Below, piece after piece: positions 36,767 to 47,296 of a stretch of DNA of 64,000 nucleotides (position 1 is its first letter; each line of letters opens with the position of its first letter). A program made the translations under genes and the position numbers. This DNA comes from an archaeon (GTDB lineage Archaea > Nanobdellota > Nanobdellia > Woesearchaeales > GW2011-AR9). Location: assembly GCA_043812455.1 (NCBI GenBank), contig JBDRMB010000039.1, positions 12,736 to 76,735 of the forward strand. Reading direction: 5' to 3'. The notes below the pieces were generated by a model, which had not been told where the DNA came from, did not search any database, and saw nothing but the letters and a program-made list of their open reading frames with translations.

Positions 36767-36852
36767 AGTTGGATAAAAATAATATTTGAAAAGGGGGAAA
36801 TAAACACTTGAAAATCATAGATTTTCTGTGCATTTTCCCGGAGGGAAAATAA

Positions 36853-37347
36853 ATGGGGAAAATTAGCATTGATACTCCGTTAGCGGAGATTACTTTAAGG
36901 CGGTACGAAAAGCCGAACATGAATGACCGAGATCTGGTCAGAAAATTGTGTTTATCATTAGGTTTATTGCAACCAGGAGATTCCAGAGATGTGGTAGTGG
37001 ATGTTCTTTATGTATTGCTAAAAGCTAAGCAGAAAGGTGAAGCCTTACATTCTGAAGAAGTCAAGAATAATGTTATGGATTTACGGAAAGAGCGTAGTTT
37101 ACCGATGTTGGGAATTGCTTCTTCAAATATCCGAAGGCAGCTGAAAAGGCTCAAAGACTTGCATTTGATCGAAACTAATGCTAACCTTTACAGAATTACT
37201 GAATTTTCTGAACTGAGTGAAATATTTGAAGAAAAAGTACAGAACTTTGTATTAAATTCAGTGTTAACCAGAGTTAAGGATTATCTGCAGAAAGTTGATG
37301 CTGAATTTGCAGAAAGTGATGTACAAGAAACTAAGAAGAAAACTTAA
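36853..37347 (+). CDS. Putative winged-helix transcriptional regulator
   Basis: LVRKLCLSLGLLQPGDSRDVVVDVLYVLL...IASSNIRRQLKRLKDLHLIE fits an HTH plus wing pattern. The family was not identified. Confidence 0.5.
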   Translation: MGKISIDTPLAEITLRRYEKPNMNDRDLVRKLCLSLGLLQPGDSRDVVVDVLYVLLKAKQKGEALHSEEVKNNVMDLRKERSLPMLGIASSNIRRQLKRLKDLHLIETNANLYRITEFSELSEIFEEKVQNFVLNSVLTRVKDYLQKVDAEFAESDVQETKKKT

Positions 37348-37371
37348 AATTAATTAAAAAAAAATATTTGT

Positions 37372-37638
37372 TTAGATTATATCTTCTTCAGATACTACAA
37401 TAAAGTCTCCAGTAGCGATTACTGCTGAGAACGGAATCAAAATCTGATTATCTTTGTTCTTTTCCAGTTCCATCTTATCAGTGTAAGATGTAGCATTAGT
37501 TAGAACAATATGAATAAGTTCTCCAGAACCTACTTCAAATATTAAATCGCCGACTTCGCCAAACTTTTTACCTGATTTTGAGACTATTGTCTTGCCAAGC
37601 ATTTCTTTAGAGTAATTTTTTTCCTTTTCCATTATCAA
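37372..37638 (-). CDS. PRC-barrel domain protein
   Basis: MLGKTIVSKSGKKFGEVGDLIFEVGSGELIHIVL...ILIPFSAVIATGDFIVV. Confidence 0.7.
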   Translation of the reverse strand: MIMEKEKNYSKEMLGKTIVSKSGKKFGEVGDLIFEVGSGELIHIVLTNATSYTDKMELEKNKDNQILIPFSAVIATGDFIVVSEEDII

Positions 37639-37806
37639 AACCCCTCGATTTTAGTTTTTAATTGTGAATAATTTAACAGTAGAAAGAAGCTATATAAAGT
37701 TTTTGGTGGCTTAAAATAAAAATCCCAGTCATAGAAGGAAACTTTGGAAGGTCTAAAAACCCCAAAAACAAAAGATTAATAACAGTTCAATGGTTTTTAA
37801 GAGTAA

Positions 37807-38064
37807 ATGGCAAACAAAAAATCGTCTAGCGGAATGTCTAATGAAGAAAAAATTGGGTTTCATAAGGGTAGTTTAGCTACTTTAGCTAAAGAACGTGAAG
37901 AAATGCTACGAATCTTACAGATTGTAGAACAGCTAATGCAAATGCACGTCAAAGAACTTAAAGATATGGGTATTGATCTGGCAGCACAAGCTAAAAAAGT
38001 AGCAAACGGAGCTAATACTGCTAAAAAGATGAAAGGTAAGAAACCGATTGAAGATATTCTTTAG
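37807..38064 (+). CDS. Hypothetical small coiled-coil protein (85 aa)
   Basis: ORF with heptad-like helices (LATLAKEREEMLRILQIVEQLMQMHVKELKDM). No motif recognised. Confidence 0.4.
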   Translation: MANKKSSSGMSNEEKIGFHKGSLATLAKEREEMLRILQIVEQLMQMHVKELKDMGIDLAAQAKKVANGANTAKKMKGKKPIEDIL

Positions 38065-38195
38065 ACTTGTTTTAGATTGAATTATTATCTTATTCCAATT
38101 TTAATAGAAATAGTTATTTTGAAGGAGATAATCGTAAATTTCTAAATTGTCAAGAAAGAAAAAGGTAATTAAAAAAATAAAAAATTTATAGCTTC

Positions 38196-40859
38196 TTAAG
38201 CTGATCTTTGCTTCTTGCCACCAGTTAAAAGAACCGCTAGCATGAAAATCAAAATAGCAAAGGCAATCACAATACAAGCGATTAACCAGACAAGACCCCT
38301 CATTTCTTCCCAAGTGGTTTTATTATCATCACTTGATACAGACGAGTCGCCAGAACTTGAAGGACCATTTAAGGTGGTTACTTCTACATCTGGACTATCA
38401 TTGCCATTATCTGAACTAGTGCTACTTGAACTAGAGCTGCTTGATTGACTTGCAGATTCGCCGTCAGTTGAAGAACCGCTAGTACCATACTTAAGTAAAT
38501 CATCAATGTCGTCTCTTAAGTTTTCAACATCTGTTCTGATATCTTCAATCCACTCTAAAAGATCATCTTCTTCACTTGAACTTAAAGTATTGTCATCTTT
38601 GATATCATCTTCTAAAGCATCTAAGTCATCTTCAAGATCTTTTAAGTCATCATCTAAGCTTTCCAAGTCATCATTGATGTCATCGATCTCATTTTTGTCA
38701 TCGTCATCTTCAGCATCTCTAAGATCATCTTCAAGATTTTCGTAATCATCTAAGTAGTCCTCGTACTGAGTTTCTAGATCATTAATGTCAATTTCCCAGC
38801 CAGTTAATTCCTCACCTACAGTAATAGTAAAGTGTAAGCTGGCAGTGTCAATTCCATCAGTAAAAACAATTTCAACATCATGTTCAACATCATCGCCACT
38901 ATTACTGTCAGAATCGTCACTATCAGGAGTCCAGGTTATAGTAAACGTATTGCCATTTTGAGTCAAGTCATCACCTAAGTCCAAATCTAGACTAGATGAA
39001 TCACAATCTTCGTTACAGTCAACATCCCAACTATTAACACTAATACTGTCACCTTCGGGGTCAATTACGGTAAACTGTAATGTGAATTGAGTGTTCTCAT
39101 AAGCTTCATAATCAGAAACATCTTCAGGTACGGGAGCATCGTTAACGTTAGCTACAGTAATTTGGAAAGTAACTTCATCAGTCATTCCATCACCGTTTGC
39201 GTCAGTTACAGCCACAGTTACAGTGTGAGTACCAACATCATCATTTATTGGAGCCCAGCTTAGAGTTGCAGTACCAGCACCACTATTGGTCAAACTTGCA
39301 GCAGTGTCAAAAGTACTAGTTGTACCATAACTTGCACTGAAAGAATCTTCAACAATGGTGAAAACAAGTTCGCTATCAAAACTGTCTTGATCAGTAGCAC
39401 TGAAGTCTAGAATAAATAAAGTATCTTCAGTAGCTGCTTGAGGAGTTGTTACAGCATCCATTTCCGGACCGTAAGCTGAATCAACATTCAAAGTAAAACT
39501 AGTTATGTCAGATTCTCCTTCTGAATCAGTAACAGTTACTTCAATATTATAACTTGCACCATTATCAGCGGGGTTGGGAGTACCAGTAATTAAACCATTA
39601 CTATCAATACTTAAATCTACTCCACCATTAGCCCCCCAGTTAGGTAAAGTTCCAGTTAGAGTATAACTTAATTGTTCAGTACTTTCAGGAACATCTAAAT
39701 CAACATCAGCAACTGTTACTTGGTAACTGAACTCTTCACCATTGCCAGTTAAAGCATTAATCCAAGCTTTTTGAGTAATAATCACATCTACAATTGGTGC
39801 ATCATTAGTGTTAACTACAACAATTTCAATATCTTCTGTAACTTCAGAATTACCATCACTAATAGTTACAGCAACGTAATGGGTTCCTACATCATCATTA
39901 GTTGGAGTATTCCAGTAAAGTTCTGGTAAGTTATCACCATTATCATCAGAAATAACTGCAGAAGCAAAACTGCTTGAAATACAATCACTCTCTAACTCTT
40001 CTATACTAAAAGTTATAACATCGTTTTCTTCATCAGCAACAATCATTAATTCTTCTACATCGAGAATTGAATCTTCATAAACTGTAATCGGGTTAGGTGC
40101 TGGATCTACAACAAAGGGAGCATCGTTAACTTCATTAACAGTAATTGTAAAAGTTGCTTCCATAGAAGGCAAACTACCATCAGAAACTATTGCTCTAAAT
40201 GTGTGGTCACCAACATCACCCTGAATTGGAATCCAATCAATAGTCCCAGTGCCATCGCTATTATCCGTAAAATGTGTGGTTATATCAAAAGTTGTGCCTA
40301 CTGGTGCTGAAGTTTCTTCAAAAGTATCAAAACTTAAGTCGGTACCATCGTTGTCAATATCTTCTGCTTGGACATTAAAAACAAAATTAGCACCTTCATT
40401 AGTGTTTTGATTATCAACTTCAAGAGTTGGTGCATCATTAACACTATTTACGTTAATATCCAGATTATAAACCTCTGTAGATTCTTCATAAGAACTATCA
40501 ATTATAGTAAAAGTAAAAGAATCGTAAAGTACACCAAACTCCTCAGAAGCTGGAGTATATTTAAAATAATCATTTTGAATATTTGCAAAAGCAATTGTGT
40601 CATCAACAGCAACTGGGACTCCTATATAAATAAAGGAATAACCAACAGCTGTTGGAAGAGATTTAATCCTAATAGATTGAGCTGTATCTCCATCATCATC
40701 AGAAAATGTAAAATCGTTAGGAGAAAATACGTACATTGTATCTTCATCTGTATTCACAGTATTATCAGCTGAAGTAGGTTCGGTTGCAAAAACCATTCCT
40801 ACACTGCTTAATACCAAAGCTAGCATCATTAATACACTTAATATTTGTTTAAATTTCAT
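38196..40859 (-). CDS. Secreted cadherin-like / He_PIG-type Ig-repeat surface protein with an acidic coiled-coil stalk and a C-terminal TM anchor
   Basis: Signal peptide (LALVLSSVGMVFA). Repeated ..VNDAP.. boundaries (NSVNDAPTL, VNEVNDAPFV, NTNDAPIV, NVNDAPVP). W.P...DVG.H.v.V.VsD repeats. A D/E/L periodic tract, a poly-Ser tract and a final TM (LIACIVIAFAILIFMLAVLL) followed by GGKKQRSA. Confidence 0.85.
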   Translation of the reverse strand: MKFKQILSVLMMLALVLSSVGMVFATEPTSADNTVNTDEDTMYVFSPNDFTFSDDDGDTAQSIRIKSLPTAVGYSFIYIGVPVAVDDTIAFANIQNDYFKYTPASEEFGVLYDSFTFTIIDSSYEESTEVYNLDINVNSVNDAPTLEVDNQNTNEGANFVFNVQAEDIDNDGTDLSFDTFEETSAPVGTTFDITTHFTDNSDGTGTIDWIPIQGDVGDHTFRAIVSDGSLPSMEATFTITVNEVNDAPFVVDPAPNPITVYEDSILDVEELMIVADEENDVITFSIEELESDCISSSFASAVISDDNGDNLPELYWNTPTNDDVGTHYVAVTISDGNSEVTEDIEIVVVNTNDAPIVDVIITQKAWINALTGNGEEFSYQVTVADVDLDVPESTEQLSYTLTGTLPNWGANGGVDLSIDSNGLITGTPNPADNGASYNIEVTVTDSEGESDITSFTLNVDSAYGPEMDAVTTPQAATEDTLFILDFSATDQDSFDSELVFTIVEDSFSASYGTTSTFDTAASLTNSGAGTATLSWAPINDDVGTHTVTVAVTDANGDGMTDEVTFQITVANVNDAPVPEDVSDYEAYENTQFTLQFTVIDPEGDSISVNSWDVDCNEDCDSSSLDLDLGDDLTQNGNTFTITWTPDSDDSDSNSGDDVEHDVEIVFTDGIDTASLHFTITVGEELTGWEIDINDLETQYEDYLDDYENLEDDLRDAEDDDDKNEIDDINDDLESLDDDLKDLEDDLDALEDDIKDDNTLSSSEEDDLLEWIEDIRTDVENLRDDIDDLLKYGTSGSSTDGESASQSSSSSSSSTSSDNGNDSPDVEVTTLNGPSSSGDSSVSSDDNKTTWEEMRGLVWLIACIVIAFAILIFMLAVLLTGGKKQRSA

Positions 40860-41277
40860 TTTTGTTTTTCACCTTTTAACTGCAGTTTTTTAGGTTATTT
40901 ATTATAATATTTTATTACTTATTTTATTACTAAATTCTGATTATCTTGATCAAATAGCCCGTCGGCCAGTTTTACTATTCCAAAATGAGTTCCCATATAT
41001 AAACCTTTCGGAATTTGTATCACTGCTAAGTAGTTACTACTTTGTCTGGACTATTTTTTCATATCTTTATCCTCTTTTCACTCAGTATATTAGAAGACAA
41101 TTAGTTCTTAAACATACTTTTAACTTTACTTAAAACAGGGATTATTTTGTTTCTTTAAGACTTTAGTAAGCTTTTTATTGCCCCTTAATATGTAAAAAAC
41201 CAAAATATTCTTTGATTTTCCTTCATAAACTAGTTTATAGTAAAATTTATATACAACATATATCCGCAGCATAGTTT

Positions 41278-42171
41278 ATGCAGAAAATTATTGCTAATGT
41301 TAATAAAGACAGAAAGGAAGAATTATGGACTTTAGTAAAAGAAGCGCATAGAAAGTTTGATTCTTTTCTAAGTGAGGATAAAGATATTGTCCTATTAGAA
41401 CGAAGACCTGAATATCAATTAAAAGCTGCTGAAGCATTATTAAGAACCATAAATCCCTCGCAGAATTATTGTTATAGAATCCCTTGTAGTTTAGAAGATG
41501 ATAATGAAGGGTCCTATGATGAAATAAAAATTTGTTACTTTCCTACTTATGATGGAATTACCGAGGGTGCCTTAGAATGTCTTGTATCTCGATTAAAAAA
41601 ACGTAAAAACATTATTGAAAAGCTTGCTAGAATAAAAGCCATCAAAGGAAGTCTAATAAGTCCAAATTGTCAAGGTAGGTTAGCTGTTGAGGATACAAAT
41701 GCTTTCAAAATGCTTACTCAAACTGAAGAAGCTTGTTATTTTCTATTAGATTTAATTACAAATCAAGATTATCCGTTTCATAAAGTTGGGGAAGATAATT
41801 GGTTAGCTGAAGGTAAAGAAAATGGATATCGAGCGCTTCATGGGACTTTTCATTGGAAAAATGGTATGCCTGCAATGAATGATTTAACTATAAAGATTCA
41901 TTTTACTACAATTGATTATCATGACAATAATGAAAACGGGTCGGCTGCCCATGGTGATTATGAAGAACAGAAGATGGCTAGTCCACATAATTTAGATGGT
42001 TATCAAGTAATTATCATTGAAGGTGATAAATTAGTAAGACCACAAATCATCCCCACACCTTACACAGACTACGTCCTTATACCGGGAGAAGTGCCAGAAT
42101 TTATTAAACGATTGCCTCCCCTCGATGTATCTTTGGAAGAAAGTTCAAAATCTTTCCTTCTTTCAATCTAG
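41278..42171 (+). CDS. Divergent RelA/SpoT-like (small alarmone synthetase-like) nucleotidyltransferase-fold protein
   Basis: The ordered motifs SRLKKRKNIIEKL, VEDTNAFKML, ENGYRALHGTF, LTIKIHFTTIDYH and AAHGDYEE parallel Syn1-5 of the RSH synthetase domain (R.K...S...K, DxxGxR, GYRSLH, EIQIRT, H..YK). Key acidic residues are substituted. Confidence 0.5.
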   Translation: MQKIIANVNKDRKEELWTLVKEAHRKFDSFLSEDKDIVLLERRPEYQLKAAEALLRTINPSQNYCYRIPCSLEDDNEGSYDEIKICYFPTYDGITEGALECLVSRLKKRKNIIEKLARIKAIKGSLISPNCQGRLAVEDTNAFKMLTQTEEACYFLLDLITNQDYPFHKVGEDNWLAEGKENGYRALHGTFHWKNGMPAMNDLTIKIHFTTIDYHDNNENGSAAHGDYEEQKMASPHNLDGYQVIIIEGDKLVRPQIIPTPYTDYVLIPGEVPEFIKRLPPLDVSLEESSKSFLLSI

Positions 42172-42583
42172 CACAGCCAAAAACATCTTCTCGGAACTGT
42201 AACAGAACAAGTTTATTTTCTTCTTTGAGTTCTGGTTTGTCAATGTCCATGCCTTGAAAATATTCTCTTATTTCTTTTTCATTAAGCTCAAAAAGATTAT
42301 CCAATTTAACCTTGTTTTCTTTAGCTTCTTTAAATAATAATTGAGACGCTTCCATACTTAACCGAAAAGTATTTCCTTTCTTCTCGCCCAAATAAAGACC
42401 ATAACGGTCAATCCTAAGCTTATCCAAATCTAGTTTAGAAATGTCTTTGCTGATTATGTAAACTTTACCTTTTTCAGTTTCTAGATAAGCATAATCTTCC
42501 TGAAAAGAATAATTGAATTGGTTTACTAGAAGCTCTTTTAATCTTTTGATTTCTTTACTATTAAGAATGTTTAGTTTTTGCAT
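42104..42583 (-). CDS. NIP7-like / pre-PUA plus PUA domain RNA-binding protein
   Basis: RYGLYLGEKKGNTFRLSMEASQLL resembles the NIP7 N-domain. The C-terminal LVLLQFREDVFGCARLKEGKILNFLPK is PUA-like. The 3' end overlaps the convergent gene by 68 nt. Confidence 0.45.
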   Translation of the reverse strand: MQKLNILNSKEIKRLKELLVNQFNYSFQEDYAYLETEKGKVYIISKDISKLDLDKLRIDRYGLYLGEKKGNTFRLSMEASQLLFKEAKENKVKLDNLFELNEKEIREYFQGMDIDKPELKEENKLVLLQFREDVFGCARLKEGKILNFLPKIHRGEAIV

Positions 42584-42739
42584 ATTAAAGCTAAAAAAAA
42601 GATGCTGTTTAAAATATTTGCTAAAAACATTTTTGATATCTGTTAGAAATTGATTATAAAAAAAATTTTGTGTCTTCCCAAAGAGGAAAAAAAAGAAAAT
42701 ATTATGGAGGAAGACACCCCCACTTTTTAGGCTAAAAGC

Positions 42740-44014
42740 CTAGTAGTAAGTTTGCTCTTCCTCGTCTTCGTCTTTCCTTAATCTAGTGAAACCGATTATC
42801 AAACCAATAATTACTAGTAATACAACTAGAACAATCAAAGCGATTTCTAAACCGTTTCTTAGACTAAAGTCAGTACTGCCACTGTCTTCGCTAGCGGAGA
42901 CATCAGCACTCAATGTTATAGTTTCTAAAACTTGTCCTTCGTTACTTAGAACTAAGCTTGCAACTTGAGTACCACCTGCAGCATCTTCTGCAACGTCTAG
43001 GTAAGCATATACAACTTGGGATTCACCAGGTGCTAAAACAACTAAACTGTCTGATAGACTTTCAGTTGCCCAATCACCAGCGGTTAAAGCCATGGTGTAT
43101 GTTTCAGTGCTTGTACCTTCGTTACTTAAAGCAAGAGCGTATACAGCTTGTTGACCAGTTTTAACAGATTGACTTTCAGGACCAACTGCAACAACTAATC
43201 TTTCATCTTCAGTATCACAGTAGCTACCTTCAGTAACAGTTAAACTGTATGATTTTGAAACTGATTCAAATTCATCATATTCAGCTGTAACATCTAAGGT
43301 GTATTCACCAGCAGCAGCACAATCTGGGATGCTTAAGAATAACTCTTCGCTAGTTTCATATGAAACATCAACGTCAGACTCAACAACTTCAATGTAATCA
43401 GTGGAACTGATACCTAAGTCATCAATACTGATGGTTACTTTAACATCTTCTTCGTCCTTGTCACCATAGTTCTGTAATTGAACTGTAGCTAATAAGGATC
43501 GACCAGCTTCAACTGTACTACCAGGAGATAATACTACATCTTCAATGTCAATACCATGTCGGCTAGGTTCAACTGATAATCTAACAACTTCGTCCATACT
43601 GTTGGAGTTTTTGTCAGTAACAGTGATTCTTAGCCAGTATTCATCTTTTTCTAATCTAACTGGTAAGTCAATTTCTAAATTAACATATTTAGTAGTGCCT
43701 TCATTCATGTCAAATAAGTGACTTTCGTCTCGTAGAGATTCATAGTCTGAATATTCATAACCATCAATCTCAACTTGAACTTCAATGTCTTCAACATCAA
43801 CACTAGCTTCTAAACCGATTTCTACTTCAAGAGTTTCCCCTTCCTCAACAGCAACAATCTCAGCGCTTGAGTCGTTGCCAAAATCTACATCATTGCCGTT
43901 AACTTCAATGCTTCTAAATTCTAAGTCATCGCTAAGATTACCAGCAATAACTACGGAACTTAATAACAAACCGATAACAGCAAATAAAGCCATTATGTTT
44001 AATACTTTTCTCAT
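42740..44014 (-). CDS. CARDB/NEW3-like repeat surface protein with a C-terminal TM anchor
   Basis: I use the ATG at 44014, which has GGAGG upstream. Signal sequence (IMALFAVIGLLLSSVVIAG). Repeated beta-sandwich modules (LATVQLQNYGDKDEEDVKVTISIDDLG). C-terminal TM (IALIVLVVLLVIIGLIIGF) followed by RLRKDEDEEE. Confidence 0.7.
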   Translation of the reverse strand: MRKVLNIMALFAVIGLLLSSVVIAGNLSDDLEFRSIEVNGNDVDFGNDSSAEIVAVEEGETLEVEIGLEASVDVEDIEVQVEIDGYEYSDYESLRDESHLFDMNEGTTKYVNLEIDLPVRLEKDEYWLRITVTDKNSNSMDEVVRLSVEPSRHGIDIEDVVLSPGSTVEAGRSLLATVQLQNYGDKDEEDVKVTISIDDLGISSTDYIEVVESDVDVSYETSEELFLSIPDCAAAGEYTLDVTAEYDEFESVSKSYSLTVTEGSYCDTEDERLVVAVGPESQSVKTGQQAVYALALSNEGTSTETYTMALTAGDWATESLSDSLVVLAPGESQVVYAYLDVAEDAAGGTQVASLVLSNEGQVLETITLSADVSASEDSGSTDFSLRNGLEIALIVLVVLLVIIGLIIGFTRLRKDEDEEEQTYY

Positions 44015-44207
44015 TTTTTTGTCTTCCTCCAAAAATATTTTTTGAATGTGATTCGTTTTTATTTTCGTTGTTTTTCTCAATTTTATTGAGTTTCATCCTC
44101 AAAAGTGGTAACGTTTATTTAAACCTTTTGGTTTTATTAGCACTCTCAAGTAGTTACACAATTTTGTGTAACACCTTGTCTTAAGTTGTTTGAAGATTTG
44201 AAAAAAA

Positions 44208-47200
44208 TTAAACAATTCTTAAAACACGGTAAGTTGTGTGATGATAATCATCGTTGCTCATTGTAATTTTAACATCATATACACCTTCTCTGGCATGTGA
44301 TGGTAACTGCATTACAACGATCTCACTCATCTGTTCACCTTCTTCAAGGTCAAATTGTTCGCTAACGTACTTCATTCCAAGTTCGTAAACAACAACTGAG
44401 ATTTGTAAATCTTCTAAATCTCCTCGACCATCATTGTACATGCCAACTGACAAATGAGCAGTATCTCCATAAACAACTACTTCGTCATCAAACAGTACGT
44501 TACTAAATTTAACATTGTTAGTAATAGGACTTACTGCAATCACAAAGTTCTGACAAGCAGTATTTCCTTGTTCATCACTTGCACAAACAGTAACTTCATA
44601 GTCACCATCATCTTCAGGCGTCCAAGTAAGTATATCATCATTGTCCATTTCCATTTCGTCAGGACCTTCGCTTAACCAGATTTCTACGTCTCCGCCTTCA
44701 GGATCGTAAGCTTCAACTTCGTAAGTGTAATCTTCGTCAATTATACCAACCAAATATGGTTCTGAGGTAAAGATGGGTGCTCCGTTAACATCAGTAATTA
44801 CAACTTGAAAGTCAAAAGTACAAACTTCACCAGTTGGATTATCTTGTTCATCTAACTCTTCAGCGTATAAACTGAACAAAATAGGAGAGTTAGCTTCTTG
44901 GTTAAAGTCAATGAACCAACTTAAATCCCAATTTTCTTCAACTTCATTATAATCAGGACCAACAACATCTACTACTGGACCTTGAGTCAAAACAACGTCG
45001 CTAGTTCCAGTACCGTCAGGATCAACTACAGTAAATGTTAATTCTAAATTTTCACCTTCATCTCTGTTGTAACTTGGATCTAAACCGTCAAAGTAACATC
45101 CCTGATTAACATTACCTACTTCAATTTGAACTGCAGATTCACTAGTGATGCTACCATCGTCAACTTCAAAAGTTAAATCGTATGTACCAGCATCATTCAT
45201 GGTTGTTTGCCAGGTAAATTCGTAAGTCCCGTCATTATCTGAATCTTCATAGGTGTAACCAGTCAAACCATCATCATCAATGCCGAATGTTAATTGATCA
45301 CCGTCAGCATCAGTTGCGCTAACGAATAGTTCAACTAAATCTCCTTCATTGTAAGGGTTGCTTAAGCCAGTTACACTAATTACGGGTGCGTGGTTTCCAC
45401 TTACATCAATTTGATAAGGTTGTTGTACAACTCCACCTTCATTATCGGTTACTTGTACAGTAACATCAAAAGGACCATTATCCATAGCATCAACTGGAAC
45501 ATCCCATATAATTAAACCAGATGCACTATCAATAGTCATATCAACAGGTGCTTGACTTAAACTGTAAACTAAAACATCTTCGACATCTTCGTCAGTTGCA
45601 TCAACATCATATTGATACATTTCACTGCCAACTGCGGTTTGTACAGGAGTTGAAGTCATATTTGGTACTCTGTTAACATCTTGAACTCTTGCCCAAAAGT
45701 TTTCTCCAACAATTTCATCGCCATCAGTTGCCTGAATTGTAACTAAAAACATATCGGAACTTGCTGGGTGTTGTACAAGGGTGTACATTGGCTGTACTTG
45801 CATAGTCCAAGTACCGTCATTATTATCAACAAAGTGAATTGCATCTCCACTGATATCTTCTAAGTGTTGTGAATAACCACTTTGAATAAGAGCTTCAACA
45901 GCCAAACCTTCATTGTTAGGATCATATGAAGTAAAAGTTAATTCATGCAATTGTCCTTCATGAGTATATTGAGTACCAAGAACTTCAATTACAGGAGTGT
46001 CACAAACATCTCCCCAGCCGTCACCATCACTATCTAATTGATCAGGATTTACATCAAAAGGACAATTGTCATCTTCGTCAGGAATTCCATCACCATCAGT
46101 ATCAGCTAAAACTTCTAAAAAGATGAAAGGTGAAATGTAATCATCACCATGTTCATTAGTAACCATAGCATAGATAGTGTGTGTTGCTCCTGATTCAAAA
46201 TCATCAGAATCGATTGTTAAAATATCGTCATGCACAGTAATTAGGTTTGAACCTAATGTATCATCGTACAATACTTCAGGAGTTCCTAATCCACCGTTTA
46301 ATGATCGAATTTCAAAATCGTAAACTCCAGTGTTAAAATTATCAATTTCTACTTCCCAAGCAATTTCTGCGTTCTCGCCTTCAACAACAACTTTGGAAGG
46401 CTCGTTAGGTTGATCATTCCATACAATTGTAGTTGAAGCACCAGCATCACTGCCAGGATTATTATCTCCATCACGTACTAAGATTTCTGCGAATTGTTGA
46501 TCAAAGTCGCCATTTTCATCTTCTACTATAATTTCAAATGCAAATTCTAAACCTAAATCTCCTTGTGGATAATCTATACCAGCATCAATTTCAGGTGCAG
46601 TACCATAAATGTAAACTTCTAAATGACCTGCGTCATCTACAGTTTCCGTATAACTTAACCAGTTAGGGAACCACATTGGATCTACTACAAAATCCATAGT
46701 ATCATAATCTTGATCATTTGCGATTAAAGTATCTTCATAAAACTCCCCTTCATTAACTACACCAATTAAAGTGTTAGCAATAATAGGTGGGTTAGATACA
46801 GGTTCGGTAACAGTGAAAGTCATTTCTTCTGCATAACTGTCTTCGGAATCGGATTCTACTCTACATACTACAATATAATCACCAAGTGCATAATTGCTAG
46901 GATCAACTACACCACTTCGAGTACCATAATATTCATAATCTCCCCAACCAGTGGAAGCAAGATTACTATTATCTTCAAATAGAGTTTCTTGTAAAACGTA
47001 AGCTGTATTGTAAACTTTAGCGGAAAATGTGTATGCGCTAGGGTTATTATCGCTAATGCTTAACATACAGAAAGCAGTTTGGTCAGGACTATCTTGATAT
47101 AGTTGAACGTCTCCACCGTCTTCACCAACTGCCCAGTAACCTTTAATGTAACCATCAAAGTTAGCATCATTAATATTGGTCTGAGCTAGACCAGCAGGTA

Positions 47201-47261
47201 CCATACTTAAAACTAAAAGCATAAGTACCATTAATGTAAATATTTTATTTTTCATTGTCAT
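44208..47261 (-). CDS. Large secreted adhesin-like protein: He_PIG/cadherin-like repeats, thrombospondin type 3 Ca-binding repeats, C-terminal CARDB-like domain
   Basis: Signal peptide (LMVLMLLVLSMVPAGLA). DTDGDGIPDEDDNCPFDVNPDQLDSDGDGWGDVCD. YQYDVDATDEDVEDVLVYSLSQAPVDMTIDSASGLIIWDVP and related repeats. C-terminus HLSVGMYNDGRGDLEDLQISVVV. Confidence 0.85.
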   Translation of the reverse strand: MTMKNKIFTLMVLMLLVLSMVPAGLAQTNINDANFDGYIKGYWAVGEDGGDVQLYQDSPDQTAFCMLSISDNNPSAYTFSAKVYNTAYVLQETLFEDNSNLASTGWGDYEYYGTRSGVVDPSNYALGDYIVVCRVESDSEDSYAEEMTFTVTEPVSNPPIIANTLIGVVNEGEFYEDTLIANDQDYDTMDFVVDPMWFPNWLSYTETVDDAGHLEVYIYGTAPEIDAGIDYPQGDLGLEFAFEIIVEDENGDFDQQFAEILVRDGDNNPGSDAGASTTIVWNDQPNEPSKVVVEGENAEIAWEVEIDNFNTGVYDFEIRSLNGGLGTPEVLYDDTLGSNLITVHDDILTIDSDDFESGATHTIYAMVTNEHGDDYISPFIFLEVLADTDGDGIPDEDDNCPFDVNPDQLDSDGDGWGDVCDTPVIEVLGTQYTHEGQLHELTFTSYDPNNEGLAVEALIQSGYSQHLEDISGDAIHFVDNNDGTWTMQVQPMYTLVQHPASSDMFLVTIQATDGDEIVGENFWARVQDVNRVPNMTSTPVQTAVGSEMYQYDVDATDEDVEDVLVYSLSQAPVDMTIDSASGLIIWDVPVDAMDNGPFDVTVQVTDNEGGVVQQPYQIDVSGNHAPVISVTGLSNPYNEGDLVELFVSATDADGDQLTFGIDDDGLTGYTYEDSDNDGTYEFTWQTTMNDAGTYDLTFEVDDGSITSESAVQIEVGNVNQGCYFDGLDPSYNRDEGENLELTFTVVDPDGTGTSDVVLTQGPVVDVVGPDYNEVEENWDLSWFIDFNQEANSPILFSLYAEELDEQDNPTGEVCTFDFQVVITDVNGAPIFTSEPYLVGIIDEDYTYEVEAYDPEGGDVEIWLSEGPDEMEMDNDDILTWTPEDDGDYEVTVCASDEQGNTACQNFVIAVSPITNNVKFSNVLFDDEVVVYGDTAHLSVGMYNDGRGDLEDLQISVVVYELGMKYVSEQFDLEEGEQMSEIVVMQLPSHAREGVYDVKITMSNDDYHHTTYRVLRIV

Positions 47262-47296
47262 TTTTTCCTAGCACCGCGTATATTTATTTAGTATTA

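Noticed and set aside
38101-38313. 70-aa minus-strand ORF overlapping the 3' end of the cadherin-like gene, and plus-strand ORFs 38215..38448, 38506..38745 and 40368..40772
   Set aside because: They are out-of-frame or antisense overlaps with a long, well-supported ORF. The Ser-rich product mirrors the acidic repeat tract.
40860-41277. A 418-nt non-coding gap checked for tRNA/sRNA and a 25-codon ORF (MGTHFGIVKLADGLFDQDNQNLVIK, minus strand, about 40920..40997)
   Set aside because: I found no cloverleaf-compatible stems and no C/D or H/ACA box arrangement. The mini-ORF is unsupported.
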